From Deltaproteobacteria bacterium RIFOXYA12_FULL_61_11 (lineage in GTDB: Bacteria > Bdellovibrionota_F > JAHFAK01 > YA12-FULL-61-11), in the NCBI GenBank assembly GCA_001799195.1, contig MGSU01000066.1, positions 1 through 54,618 on the forward strand: a stretch of DNA of 54,618 nucleotides. The letters are read 5' to 3'. The notes beneath the pieces are model-generated. The model saw only the letters and a list, made by a program, of their open reading frames with translations. It ran no database searches and was not told the DNA's origin. Made by a program: the position numbers and the translations under genes. This document shows, one piece after another, positions 44,286 through 53,816 of the stretch (the stretch's first letter is position 1; each line of letters starts with the position of its first letter).

Positions 44286-45227
44286 TCACGCGTGGAGAAC
44301 GGGCAGGCTGCCCCGTACCCGTTCGTAGTCGCGGACCAGGGCGGTGACGATCTCCCCGGCCGTAGGCAGGTCCCGCAGCAACCCGGAGATCTGGCCGATC
44401 TCCAGTTCACCTTCCTCGAGTTCGCCCTCGAGCATACCCAGGCGCGAGCGCTGCCGCCCGAGCAGGGTGAGTAATTCTTCACCGCTCGCTCCTCGCTCTT
44501 CGGCCTGGAGGATCCTCTCGACAAAAGCGTTACGCAGGCAGCGTACCGGGACGAGCTTGCGGAGGATCAGCCGGGTATCCTCGGGTGCGGCCGCCACAAT
44601 GGCCTGCTTGAAGCGTTCATGGAGACCGGATTCTCGGCAGGCGGCGAAACGCGAACCGAGTTGGACCCCGGAGGCCCCCAGGGAGAGGGCCGCCGCAAGT
44701 CCCCGGCCATCACCGATGCCGCCGGCAGCCAGGACCGGAATGGTAACCGCGTCGACCACCTGTGGCACCAAGACCAGGGTGGTCAACTCGTCGCGGCCGT
44801 TGTGCCCTCCGGCCTCGAAACCTTCGGCCACCACGGCATCGCACCCGCAATCCTGACACTTCTTGGCCAATCGAGGCGTTGAGACCACGTGCACCACCGT
44901 GGCTCCTGCTGCCTTGAGCCGTGGGGTGGTCTTGGCGGGATTCCCGGCCGAGGTGAAGAACAGTCGCACTCCGGCGGCCAGCGCGAGGTCGAGGACCTCT
45001 CCGGCGTGACTATACAGGAGCGGTACGTTCACACCGAAAGGACGGTCCGTCAGGCGCCGGGTCTCCACCAGAGCCGCGGTGAAGGACTCCGGCGTCATCG
45101 AACCGCTGCCGAGCAGACCCAGCCCGCCGGCATTGGAGACGGCGGCGGCCAAGGCAGGCCCCGAGGCCCAGATCATGCCGCCCTGTACGATGGGGTACGT
45201 GATGCCGAGCAGTGCGCAGAGCTTCAT
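44286..45227 (-). CDS. Nitronate monooxygenase / FabK-like NAD(P)H-dependent flavin oxidoreductase
   Basis: 'LLGITYPIVQGGMIWASGPALAAAVSNAGGLGLLGSG' and 'VLAAGGIGDGRGLAAALSLGASGVQLGSRF'. ATG 45227 forms an ATGA overlap with the ACAD stop. Confidence 0.85.
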   Translation of the reverse strand: MKLCALLGITYPIVQGGMIWASGPALAAAVSNAGGLGLLGSGSMTPESFTAALVETRRLTDRPFGVNVPLLYSHAGEVLDLALAAGVRLFFTSAGNPAKTTPRLKAAGATVVHVVSTPRLAKKCQDCGCDAVVAEGFEAGGHNGRDELTTLVLVPQVVDAVTIPVLAAGGIGDGRGLAAALSLGASGVQLGSRFAACRESGLHERFKQAIVAAAPEDTRLILRKLVPVRCLRNAFVERILQAEERGASGEELLTLLGRQRSRLGMLEGELEEGELEIGQISGLLRDLPTAGEIVTALVRDYERVRGSLPVLHA

Positions 45228-46384
45228 GCGAAACACCCCAGCGAACGGGCAATTACCAGCCGTTGTATCTCCGAGGTTCCTTCGCCGATCTCCAGCAAGC
45301 GCTGGTCGCGGTAGAAGCGCTCGGCCTCGTACTCTTCGAGCAATCCATAGCCGCCGTGGAGTTGGACGCAGTGGTCCGCGCAGCGCTTGGCCACCTCGCT
45401 GCAGTACAGCTTGGCCATGGCGGATTCCCGGCTGAAGGGTTGGTGCTGGTCGAGCAACCAACAGGCCCGATAGAGCATCCAGCGAGCCGCGTCGATCTCG
45501 GTGGCCATGTCGGCGAGTTTGAAAGCATTGGCCTGGAAGGTGCTGATCGGCTTCCCGAAGGCCTTGCGCTCTCGGGCATACGCGAGCGCGACGTCGAACG
45601 CTCCCTGGGCGCACCCTAGCCCCATGGCCGCGATGGAGAGGCGGCCCTTGTCCAAGGTTTGGAGCATCTGTTTGAAGCCATCGCCGCGCTTGCCCAGAAT
45701 AGCGGCCTCTCCGATTCGGCACTCGTCGAAGTACAGCTCGGCGGTGTTGGACGCGCGCCAAACCATCTTCTTGTGCATGGTCCTGGCCTCGAACCCGGGA
45801 GTGCCGTTCTCGACGAGAAAACAGGACATTTCCTTCTTCCCGCCCGGCAACTCGCCGGAGATGGCCTGCACAGTATTGCCGAGGGTGACCTCCGAGGAAC
45901 CATTGGTGATGAAGATCTTGCTGCCGTTGAGGCTCCAACCATTGTCCTCCTTCCGAGCCGTGGTCTTCGACGCTCCGGCGTCGGAGCCGGCATCCGGCTC
46001 GGTGAGACCGAAACCCCAGAGGTGCTCGCCGGTACATAACCGCGGAAGATAGGTCCGCTTCTGCTCTTCATTGCCGAAATACTGCAGGGGACCGATGCCG
46101 AGGGAGTTGTGCGCGGCCACGGTGGCGGCCTGCGACCCGTCGATCCTGGCGACTTCCTCGACGGCGATGATGTACGAGACGTAATCCAGGCCGTGCCCAC
46201 CGTATTCCTCGGACACGGTCATGCCGAATAACCCGACCTGCCCCATCTTGCGGGTCAGGTCGGCAGAGAAACGTTCTTCTCTGCTCAACGCTCCGGCCAA
46301 CGGTCTGATCTCCGTCTCGGCAAAGCGCCGGATGCTCTCGCGGATCATGTGTTGGGTGTCGGACAACTCGAAACACAGGCTCAT
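45224..46384 (-). CDS. Acyl-CoA dehydrogenase (isovaleryl-CoA dehydrogenase-like by context)
   Basis: 'GLTEPDAGSDAGA', 'KIFITNG' and 'QLHGGYGLLEEYEAERFYRDQRLLEIGEGTSEIQRLVIAR'. GGGAGGAGGA Shine-Dalgarno precedes ATG 46384. Divergent from the MCC genes. Confidence 0.85.
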   Translation of the reverse strand: MSLCFELSDTQHMIRESIRRFAETEIRPLAGALSREERFSADLTRKMGQVGLFGMTVSEEYGGHGLDYVSYIIAVEEVARIDGSQAATVAAHNSLGIGPLQYFGNEEQKRTYLPRLCTGEHLWGFGLTEPDAGSDAGASKTTARKEDNGWSLNGSKIFITNGSSEVTLGNTVQAISGELPGGKKEMSCFLVENGTPGFEARTMHKKMVWRASNTAELYFDECRIGEAAILGKRGDGFKQMLQTLDKGRLSIAAMGLGCAQGAFDVALAYARERKAFGKPISTFQANAFKLADMATEIDAARWMLYRACWLLDQHQPFSRESAMAKLYCSEVAKRCADHCVQLHGGYGLLEEYEAERFYRDQRLLEIGEGTSEIQRLVIARSLGCFA

Positions 46385-46588
46385 CGGCTCCTCCTCCCGT
46401 GCGGCTTCTCGATCCTCAGCCTCCATCGACCAGGGATTATGCCCTGCCCTCGACGGTATGGCAAACCCGGAGCACCGAAGATCGAGCCTTCCCCCCCATT
46501 TGCCGACTTTTCCCTTCCCAGGTTATGTCCGACATGCTAGAGTGTTGCCCTGTTTTTCATTCCATACAACAAGTTGGATGCCGTTGCC

Positions 46589-48193
46589 ATGCAGAAGATC
46601 CAGTCGAAGGTGACTCGCAACGCCGATTTCGAGGAGAACGCCAGGCAACAGCGGGCCAGACTCGCCGACTACCGCGAGCTCCTGGCCAAGGTGCGCCGAG
46701 GAGGCCCCCCCGAGGCGGTCGAGAAGCACACCTCTCGCGGAAAATTGACCGCTCGGCAACGCCTTGCCGGATTGCTCGACCCGGGCACGCCCTTCCTGGA
46801 GCTCTCCGCTCTCGCCGCTTACGGTATGTATGACGACGCCGCGCCGAGCGCCGGGATCGTCACCGGCATAGGGGTTGTCCACGGCAAGGAAGTGATGCTC
46901 GTGGCCAACGATGCCACGGTCAAGGGCGGCACCTATTTCCCGATGACCATCAAGAAGCACGTCCGGGCTCAGGAGATCGCCCTGGAAAACCGACTCCCCT
47001 GTATCTATCTGGTCGATTCCGGCGGCATCTTCCTGCCCATGCAGGACGGTACCTTCCCGGACAAGGAACACTTCGGTCGGATCTTCTACAACCAAGCGGT
47101 CATGTCCGCGGCCGGGATCGCCCAGATCGCCGTGGTGCTCGGCTCCTGTACCGCCGGTGGAGCCTATGTCCCTGCGATGAGCGACGAATGCGTGATCGTG
47201 CGGAAACAAGGCACCATCTTCATCGGCGGCCCACCGCTGGTCAAGGCGGCAACGGGCGTCGACGTCAGCGCGGAAGAACTCGGCGGCGCCGACGTGCACT
47301 GCCGCATCTCCGGGGTCTCGGACCACTACGCGGAGAACGACGAGCACGCGCTGCGGCTGACCAGGAGCATCCTGGAAGCAGTACCGAAGGCGCCCAAGCA
47401 CCAGCTCGACCTAACCCCCCCGGCCGACCCGGCCTACGACCCCGAAGAACTCTACGGCATCGTGCCCATCGACCTGCGCAAACCCTTCGACGCCCGGGAG
47501 GTCATCGCCCGCATCGTCGACGAGAGCCGCTTCCAGGAATTCAAGACCACCTACGGGACGACCCTGGTCACCGGTTTCGCCAGGATCATGGGCTACCCGG
47601 TCGGTATCGTGGCCAATAACGGGGTGCTTTTCTCAGAGAGTGCCCAGAAGGGCGCCCACTTCGTCAACCTCTGCTCCCTGCGCAAGATCCCCTTGGTCTT
47701 CCTGCAGAACATCACCGGCTTCATCGTCGGCAAGCAGTACGAGCACGGCGGTATCGCCAAGGACGGCGCCAAGATGGTCCATGCCGTCTCCGTCGCCCAG
47801 GTCCCCAAGTTCACGGTCGTCTTCGGCGCGTCGAACGGCGCCGGCAATTATGCCATGTGCGGCCGGGGCTATCTGCCCAGGTTCCTGTGGATGTGGCCCG
47901 CGGCGCGAATCTCGGTGATGGGCGGCGAGCAGGCCGCGGACGTCCTCTGCACGGTCAAGGCCTCCCAACTGGCGGAACAAGGCCGGGAGCTGTCTCTGGA
48001 AGATCGAGAAGAACTCAGACGCCCCATCCTGCAGAAATACCAGCACGAGAGCAGTGCCTACTACAGCACAGCGCGCCTGTGGGACGATGGTATCATCGAC
48101 CCCGTGGACACTCGCAAGGTCTTAGCCCTGGGACTCTCGATCAGTCTGAACCAACCCATTCCAGACCATCGCTTCGGCATTTTCAGGATGTGA
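46589..48193 (+). CDS. Methylcrotonyl-CoA carboxylase beta subunit (carboxyltransferase)
   Basis: Acyl-CoA carboxyltransferase motifs '[14 protein letters not shown]', '[14 protein letters not shown]', '[13 protein letters not shown]', '[17 protein letters not shown]' and '[11 protein letters not shown]'. Followed by hydratase and biotin carboxylase genes. Confidence 0.88.
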   Translation: MQKIQSKVTRNADFEENARQQRARLADYRELLAKVRRGGPPEAVEKHTSRGKLTARQRLAGLLDPGTPFLELSALAAYGMYDDAAPSAGIVTGIGVVHGKEVMLVANDATVKGGTYFPMTIKKHVRAQEIALENRLPCIYLVDSGGIFLPMQDGTFPDKEHFGRIFYNQAVMSAAGIAQIAVVLGSCTAGGAYVPAMSDECVIVRKQGTIFIGGPPLVKAATGVDVSAEELGGADVHCRISGVSDHYAENDEHALRLTRSILEAVPKAPKHQLDLTPPADPAYDPEELYGIVPIDLRKPFDAREVIARIVDESRFQEFKTTYGTTLVTGFARIMGYPVGIVANNGVLFSESAQKGAHFVNLCSLRKIPLVFLQNITGFIVGKQYEHGGIAKDGAKMVHAVSVAQVPKFTVVFGASNGAGNYAMCGRGYLPRFLWMWPAARISVMGGEQAADVLCTVKASQLAEQGRELSLEDREELRRPILQKYQHESSAYYSTARLWDDGIIDPVDTRKVLALGLSISLNQPIPDHRFGIFRM

Positions 48194-48210
48194 CCACAGG
48201 AGAGGTTGCC

Positions 48211-49011
48211 ATGACCACGTTGACCACCCTCACCACGCTCGAATACTACGAGAGTACCGGAGTCGGCTATGTGACCCTGTCCCGGCCGGAGGTGCGCAAC
48301 GCCTTCGACGAGACCATGATCGCCGAGTTGAGCTCCCTGCTGCAGGAACTCGCCGCGAGAGGCGATCTGCGAGCCCTGGTCCTCTCGGGTCGAGGCAAGG
48401 CCTTCTGCGCCGGTGCCGACCTAAACTATATGAGGCGGATGCGCGAGTACGATGCGGGCCGCAACCTGGAAGACAGCCTGGCCATCGCCGAGTGCTTCCA
48501 CCTCCTGGCCCGCTTCCCACGCCCGACCCTGTGCAAGGTCCATGGTGCTGCCATCGGCGGCGGAGTCGGCTTCGTCGCCGCCTGCGACTTCGTCTTCGCC
48601 GAAGAACACACCATGTTCAGCCTCAGCGAGGTCAAGATCGGCCTCGTCCCCGCCTGTATCTCGCCCTTCGTCATCAAACGCATGGGGGAAACCAAGGCCC
48701 GCCAGTATTTCATCAGCGGAGCCCGCTTCGCCGCACCTCTGGCCGAGAGCCTCGGGTTGTGCGATCGCTCCCTGCCCCAGGGCGACCTCGACCCATCCAT
48801 GGAGCAACTCCTCGAGATGATCAAGTCCAGCGGTCCCGAGGCCGTCACCTGCGCCAAGAGATTGGTCCAGGACGTGGTCGACCTGCCGCGCCTCGACGAT
48901 GCCAAGCATTTCACCGCCGAGGTGATCGCCGCAATCCGGGTGGGTGCCGAGGCCCAGGAAGGGATGACCGCCTTCCTCGAGAAACGCACCCCGACCTGGG
49001 TGCAATCATGA
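48211..49011 (+). CDS. Enoyl-CoA hydratase/isomerase family (methylglutaconyl-CoA hydratase by context)
   Basis: 'GYVTLSRPEVRNAFDE', 'VLSGRGKAFCAGADL' and 'KVHGAAIGGGVGFVAACDF'. ATG at 48211. Confidence 0.85.
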   Translation: MTTLTTLTTLEYYESTGVGYVTLSRPEVRNAFDETMIAELSSLLQELAARGDLRALVLSGRGKAFCAGADLNYMRRMREYDAGRNLEDSLAIAECFHLLARFPRPTLCKVHGAAIGGGVGFVAACDFVFAEEHTMFSLSEVKIGLVPACISPFVIKRMGETKARQYFISGARFAAPLAESLGLCDRSLPQGDLDPSMEQLLEMIKSSGPEAVTCAKRLVQDVVDLPRLDDAKHFTAEVIAAIRVGAEAQEGMTAFLEKRTPTWVQS

Positions 49012-50492
49012 AGCGCCTTTTGGTGGCGAACCGTGGCGAGATCGCGGTTCGCATTCTCCGCGCCGCTCGCGAACTCGAGCTCGAGACCGTGGCCGTCTAT
49101 TCGGAAGCCGACGCCGACCTGCCGCACGTGCGCCTGGCAGACCGGGCGGTCTGCGTGGGACCGGCCAACCCCCTGGAGAGTTACCTGAACCAAGAACGCT
49201 TGCTAGCCGCGGCCGCCACCCAAGGCGCGGATGCCCTCCATCCCGGCTATGGCTTCCTCTCCGAGAACCCGGCGTTTGCCCGCCGTTGCGAACAAGCCGG
49301 TTTGACCTTCGTCGGACCGACCAGCGGAACCATCGAACTGATGGGCAACAAGATCGCCTCGCGCAAGACCGTGACAGCCCACGGGGTCCCGGTGGTCCCC
49401 GGTTACCAGGGCTCTTGCGAAGACCTCGATGCCTTGACCGAGGCTGCAACCGCAATCGGCTTCCCGGTCATCCTCAAAGCCGCTGCAGGCGGCGGCGGCA
49501 AGGGCATGCAGATCGTTCGCAAGCCCTCGGAACTCCAGGCCGCGTTGGAATCGGCTCGCCGTATCGCCTTCCAAGCCTTCGGCGACTCCAGCGTCTTCCT
49601 CGAACGCTACCTCGTGCAACCCCGACATATCGAATTCCAGATCCTGGGCGACCATCACGGCAACCTGGTCCACCTCTTCGAACGGGAGTGTTCGATCCAG
49701 CGCCGCCACCAAAAGATCGTCGAGGAAACCCCCTCGACCGCTCTCGACCCAGAGCGCCGCGCGGCGATGGGGGAGATTGCCGTCACCGCAGCCCGCAGCG
49801 TCGGCTATCGCAACGCCGGGACCGTCGAGTTCATCGTCGCCCGCGACGGGAGCTACTACTTCCTCGAGATGAACACGCGCATCCAGGTCGAGCATCCGAT
49901 CACCGAGCTGGTCACCGGTCTCGACCTCGTCCAGTGGCAATTGCGTATCGCGGCCGGAGAACCGCTCGGGTTCACGCAGGAACAACTCCGGCAGCGCGGG
50001 CATGCAATCGAGTGCCGGATCTATGCCGAGGATCCCGGCCAAGGCTTCCTGCCCAGCCCGGGGACCCTGTCCCTGTTGGTCGAACCCTCGGGACCAGGGA
50101 TCCGCAACGATTGCGGCTTCGTCACCGGGAACCACATCTCGCCGCATTACGATTCCCTCCTTTCCAAGCTGATCACCTACGGAGAAGACCGCGAACAAGC
50201 TCGCAGGCGCATGCTCCGGGCGCTGCAAGACTATACGATCCTCGGCGTCAAGACGACCCTCCCCTTCCTGCGCGACGTGCTCGACCATCCGGCCTTCCGG
50301 GAGGGAACCACCTTCACCGATTTCATCCCCGCTCACTTCGGCCAATGGCACGACCCCACCGATGAAACCGGCCGACGGATCGCCCTGTTGGCTGCAGCTC
50401 TGGAGACCTGCCTCTCCTCTCACGGGTCCAACCCCTCGACCGCGACGCACCAGCACGATCCCTGGACCTCACTGGGAGCATGGCAACCCTGA
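49008..50492 (+). CDS. Biotin carboxylase portion of methylcrotonyl-CoA carboxylase alpha subunit
   Basis: 'MKRLLVANRGEIAVRILRAAREL', 'HPGYGFLSENPAFA', 'ILKAAAGGGGKGM' and 'EMNTRIQVEHPITE'. It stops 13 nt after the start of the BCCP-containing ORF, which is in another frame. Confidence 0.9.
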   Translation: MKRLLVANRGEIAVRILRAARELELETVAVYSEADADLPHVRLADRAVCVGPANPLESYLNQERLLAAAATQGADALHPGYGFLSENPAFARRCEQAGLTFVGPTSGTIELMGNKIASRKTVTAHGVPVVPGYQGSCEDLDALTEAATAIGFPVILKAAAGGGGKGMQIVRKPSELQAALESARRIAFQAFGDSSVFLERYLVQPRHIEFQILGDHHGNLVHLFERECSIQRRHQKIVEETPSTALDPERRAAMGEIAVTAARSVGYRNAGTVEFIVARDGSYYFLEMNTRIQVEHPITELVTGLDLVQWQLRIAAGEPLGFTQEQLRQRGHAIECRIYAEDPGQGFLPSPGTLSLLVEPSGPGIRNDCGFVTGNHISPHYDSLLSKLITYGEDREQARRRMLRALQDYTILGVKTTLPFLRDVLDHPAFREGTTFTDFIPAHFGQWHDPTDETGRRIALLAAALETCLSSHGSNPSTATHQHDPWTSLGAWQP

Positions 50493-51001
50493 TGGAACGA
50501 GCACTGACCTTCACCTCGGGTACGGATCGATATCTGGTGCGCCTCGACCTCGAGGGCGAACGCTTCGTCGCCCATATCGACGACACCATGCTGGCCGGCA
50601 CCTTCCGCCGGCTTCCTCCGGGGTTCTACACCCTGTTCTTCGAGGACGGGACGGTCGAGGAAGTATCGCTGGTCGAGGCCGGAGACCTCCTTGCCTGGCA
50701 CCGGGGGCAGGTGCACACCCTCCACCGTCCCCACCCCGATGACGACGCCGCACCGGCGGCAGCTGGACAGCTCGGCTTCGACGGCACGATCACCACGCCG
50801 ATGCCGGGCAAGGTGGTCAAGGTATGCGTGACTCTCGGGCAAAGGGTTGAGGCCGGTGCCGAATGCGTGGTCCTCGAGGCAATGAAGATGGAACACGTCC
50901 TCACCACCCCGAAGGCAGGGACCATACGCGCTCTGCACGTTGTCCCCGGCCAACAAACCGAGTTCGGCCAGGTCCTGGTCGAGATTTCCTGTGAGGCCTG
51001 A
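50480..51001 (+). CDS. C-terminal BT/biotinyl-carrier portion of MCC alpha (separate ORF or frameshifted continuation)
   Basis: 'ITTPMPGKVVKVCVTLGQRVEAGAECVVLEAMKMEHVLTTPKAGTI' is a biotinyl-lysine (AMKM) domain. Confidence 0.8.
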   Translation: MATLMERALTFTSGTDRYLVRLDLEGERFVAHIDDTMLAGTFRRLPPGFYTLFFEDGTVEEVSLVEAGDLLAWHRGQVHTLHRPHPDDDAAPAAAGQLGFDGTITTPMPGKVVKVCVTLGQRVEAGAECVVLEAMKMEHVLTTPKAGTIRALHVVPGQQTEFGQVLVEISCEA

Positions 51002-51021
51002 GCTTCGGCGAGGACCGGCGT

Positions 51022-52131
51022 ATGCATGATTGCGTGGTGATCGGAGGTGGACCTGCCGGCGGGAGCGCGGCCTATCACCTCGCACGTCGGGGCTACGATG
51101 TGGTCGTGCTGGAAAAAGAGCACCTGCCGCGTGCCAAGCCTTGCCGGGGCTGTGTCTCTCCCCGCTTCACCCCATGGTTCGACCTCGACTTCACTCCTGT
51201 CGTCACCCGACACATCCACCAGGTCTGCCTCTCCTGGAGTCTCCGAGACCCCCTCGAAGTGAGTCTGCCCCAACCCTTGTGGATGGTCCTGCGGCCGCAC
51301 TTCGACCAACTCCTGCTCGAGGCGGCCGTAGCCCGCGGCGCAACCCTGCACCAAGGAGCCGAGGTCACAGCCCTCCTGCCGGTGGGTCAGGGGTGGAGGA
51401 TCACCACCAGTGGACAGGTCTTCACCGCCCGTTACCTCGTCCTGGCCGATGGTACCCTGGGTCGAGCCTCGGCCATGGCGGGGTTCACGCACCGAGTCCA
51501 CCAGGTCGGGGCCGGCCTCGAAGCCCAGGTGACGCTCGACGTTCCCCCGCGGGAGATCGCCTACCTGGATCTGGGGTGGGTACGCAACGGCCTTGCCTGG
51601 AGTTTTCCACGGGCGAACGGGTATTCGGTCGGGGTGTCGGTCGTCCGGCAAACCGGCAGAGCGGAACTCGCCTTGCAACTCAGACGTTTCCTGCGAGCCA
51701 ACGGTCACATCGCCAAGGACTGTCCGGTCACCGCTCATCCGACCTTCGCCTGGAGGGAACGTCAAGCGCTGCACACTCCCGACCTCCGTGCGCTGCGGGT
51801 CGGCGACGCGGCTGCCCTCTTCGATCCCCTAGCCGGAGCCGGGATAGGACACGCACTCTTCAGTGGCTTAGAGGCTGCCAAGGCAATACACCTTTCCCTG
51901 TCCGGCCAAGCCCAGGCAATACCCGCCTACAGCGCGCTCATCAACCACGGGCTAGGCCGCCATCTCCTCGGTTCACGCCTCCTAGCCGACTTGGTCTACT
52001 ATAACCCCAAGTTCTCTCTGCATCTCCTCTCGGCCTCCCCAGGGCTTCTCCAGACTCTAGCGTCCTTCGTCACCAGCGATCGCGGCCATCTCGGCCCCCT
52101 GCGTGGCCTTGCCCTCCGCCTGATACCCTAA
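51022..52131 (+). CDS. FAD-dependent oxidoreductase, geranylgeranyl reductase family
   Basis: 'DCVVIGGGPAGGSAAYHLARRGYDVVVLEK' is a GxGxxG Rossmann motif. 'RVGDAAALFDPLAGAGIGHALFSG' is also present. Confidence 0.75.
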   Translation: MHDCVVIGGGPAGGSAAYHLARRGYDVVVLEKEHLPRAKPCRGCVSPRFTPWFDLDFTPVVTRHIHQVCLSWSLRDPLEVSLPQPLWMVLRPHFDQLLLEAAVARGATLHQGAEVTALLPVGQGWRITTSGQVFTARYLVLADGTLGRASAMAGFTHRVHQVGAGLEAQVTLDVPPREIAYLDLGWVRNGLAWSFPRANGYSVGVSVVRQTGRAELALQLRRFLRANGHIAKDCPVTAHPTFAWRERQALHTPDLRALRVGDAAALFDPLAGAGIGHALFSGLEAAKAIHLSLSGQAQAIPAYSALINHGLGRHLLGSRLLADLVYYNPKFSLHLLSASPGLLQTLASFVTSDRGHLGPLRGLALRLIP

Positions 52132-52274
52132 GCCTTCCAGCAATGGGGGCACAGTGTCCCCACTCACCCGCACGACAACTTCATTTTCCACAAATACTAC
52201 AATGCTCTAGCTAGTCATCGAAACGGCACAACATTTGCTGATTGAACGATCGAGGTTTTCAGCGGAAGGTACCG

Positions 52275-52742
52275 ATGCGCTGGATGTTGCTCACTCTCCT
52301 GCTCTCCACGCTCAGCTTTGCCAATGCCGAGCCCCAAGAAGAGGTCGTGGAACTCGAGGACGCAAGTTGGATGGTCTGCAGTCGTGCCACCGGAACAGCC
52401 GTGATCATTACCTTCAACAACGGCCATTTCGTGTTTACCTCGGGCATGAACACCCCCTCGAGCTTGCACAAGATCCTCGACTATTCGTACTCCGAAGAAG
52501 CGAATCTTGCCACCTTCTACCTCTCCGAGAACCTGCTCTCCGAGAAGAAGGTTCTGTTCGTGACCATGGTCCCGGCCTATGGCGAGGGTCTCCCGCGCTT
52601 CACCTTCGCCTTGCCCGAGAAGCACAGGCAGGTCGTCGATACCCTCGGAGTCGAGTACTGTCGTGACCCCGAGGCTGCCAGAGCGGCCAATGCCAGCGCA
52701 TTGCCGCTCGGCGAGCTCATGAGCAACATCCGGTCACGCTGA
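52275..52742 (+). CDS. Small secreted hypothetical protein
   Basis: Signal peptide 'MRWMLLTLLLSTLSFANA'. About 135-aa mature part with no recognised motif. Confidence 0.5.
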   Translation: MRWMLLTLLLSTLSFANAEPQEEVVELEDASWMVCSRATGTAVIITFNNGHFVFTSGMNTPSSLHKILDYSYSEEANLATFYLSENLLSEKKVLFVTMVPAYGEGLPRFTFALPEKHRQVVDTLGVEYCRDPEAARAANASALPLGELMSNIRSR

Positions 52743-53816
52743 AGCGCGTGCGCTCGCACATCTCCTCGGGGCCCCTTCGGGAGGCCGCTTTCTCGACCAG
52801 GTCCTGCTGATCCAACCGAGGGACAACCCGGCGAGTAGGAGCCAGCTACCCTCGTGGGATGGAACCATCGCGACCAGACCACACCCTCCCGACACGGTTT
52901 CCTCGCGCTCATAGCTAGGCTGCACAGCCGTTGGGGTCGCCCGCTGCCCGAACACAAGAGGTTCAGGATCTTCAGGTTCTTCGACGGCAGGGGGAATGAC
53001 CGGTGGCTGGGCAGGGTTCGGCTGGAACGGCTCTACCGCCGGCTCAGGTTCGGCCTGGGGCACTTCTGGTTCGGGTGGAGGATCCTGCCCAGGGGTCCAA
53101 CCCGGTTGATAGGAGTCGAGGAACACCTGTTTCGGCACGAGTTCGACAAGCGTACCCGCACACTTGGGATGATCGGCATAGACTTGTTCGTCCCGTCGAC
53201 CGCCGACCTCGGCTGCGACCAACTCGTAGAACTTGCGCCCAACGCCGGCGTGGATGTCGATGCGTTGTCCCTTGATCGCACCACCGGTGTCCTTCGCGGC
53301 AAAACAGCCATCGTGCGTGGCTCCGTTCGGAAGGACATAGCCATCCCAGAGCGGAATATACAGCCTCGTGTGCATGGGAATAACCGCACGATCCACCGCT
53401 ACCCCCCGGAAGGGTATAGGGGATTCGCCCGAGGCACCGGAACCGTAGGGATAGGCTTGAGGGTCCAATTCACTGAAACAACGGTTCGTGCACCAATGCG
53501 AACTGAACGTGGTGCCAGAGCAGCCGGACCAGGAGAGACTCATGACCACTCCCTCTGCGGTCATACCCGAGCCCTGCAGGCAGAGATCATCGAGGAAACC
53601 CGCGGGAAACCAGCCCAAGCTGAGTCCTGCCTTGTCGTAAGCCTGGGTGGTCTCGTCTTCGAAATCGGCCTCGAACGCCAGGATGTAGAGCGTCCTCGAA
53701 AACGTGCCCAGAGAGCGGCCTTCCCCGGCAAGAAAGGTCTTGAAACCCGCGAACGGCTCTTCCCCGCAACCGCACAGTGCGGCTGCCAGGAAGAGCACGG
53801 GCAGGAGGGTCTTCAT
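52734..53816 (-). CDS. 3D-domain (MltA/RlpA-like double-psi beta-barrel) lipoprotein with Pro-rich linker and MYXO-CTERM-like tail
   Basis: Lipobox 'LAAALCGC'. 'DGCFAAKDTGGAIKGQRIDIHAGVG' is a 3D-domain Asp motif. Pro-rich 'PPEPEVPQAEPEPAVEPFQPNPAQPPVIPP'. The tail is 'SGGCGLVAMVPSHEGSWLLLAGLSLGWISRTWSRKR'. Confidence 0.7.
   Translation of the reverse strand: MKTLLPVLFLAAALCGCGEEPFAGFKTFLAGEGRSLGTFSRTLYILAFEADFEDETTQAYDKAGLSLGWFPAGFLDDLCLQGSGMTAEGVVMSLSWSGCSGTTFSSHWCTNRCFSELDPQAYPYGSGASGESPIPFRGVAVDRAVIPMHTRLYIPLWDGYVLPNGATHDGCFAAKDTGGAIKGQRIDIHAGVGRKFYELVAAEVGGRRDEQVYADHPKCAGTLVELVPKQVFLDSYQPGWTPGQDPPPEPEVPQAEPEPAVEPFQPNPAQPPVIPPAVEEPEDPEPLVFGQRATPTAVQPSYEREETVSGGCGLVAMVPSHEGSWLLLAGLSLGWISRTWSRKRPPEGAPRRCASARASA

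Noticed and set aside
45228-46037. 583-aa ORF 44286..46037, implying a large fusion protein.
   Set aside because: The upstream 270 codons are an alternative frame of the acyl-CoA dehydrogenase gene. The nitronate monooxygenase-like protein starts at ATG 45227, which forms an ATGA overlap with the ACAD stop.
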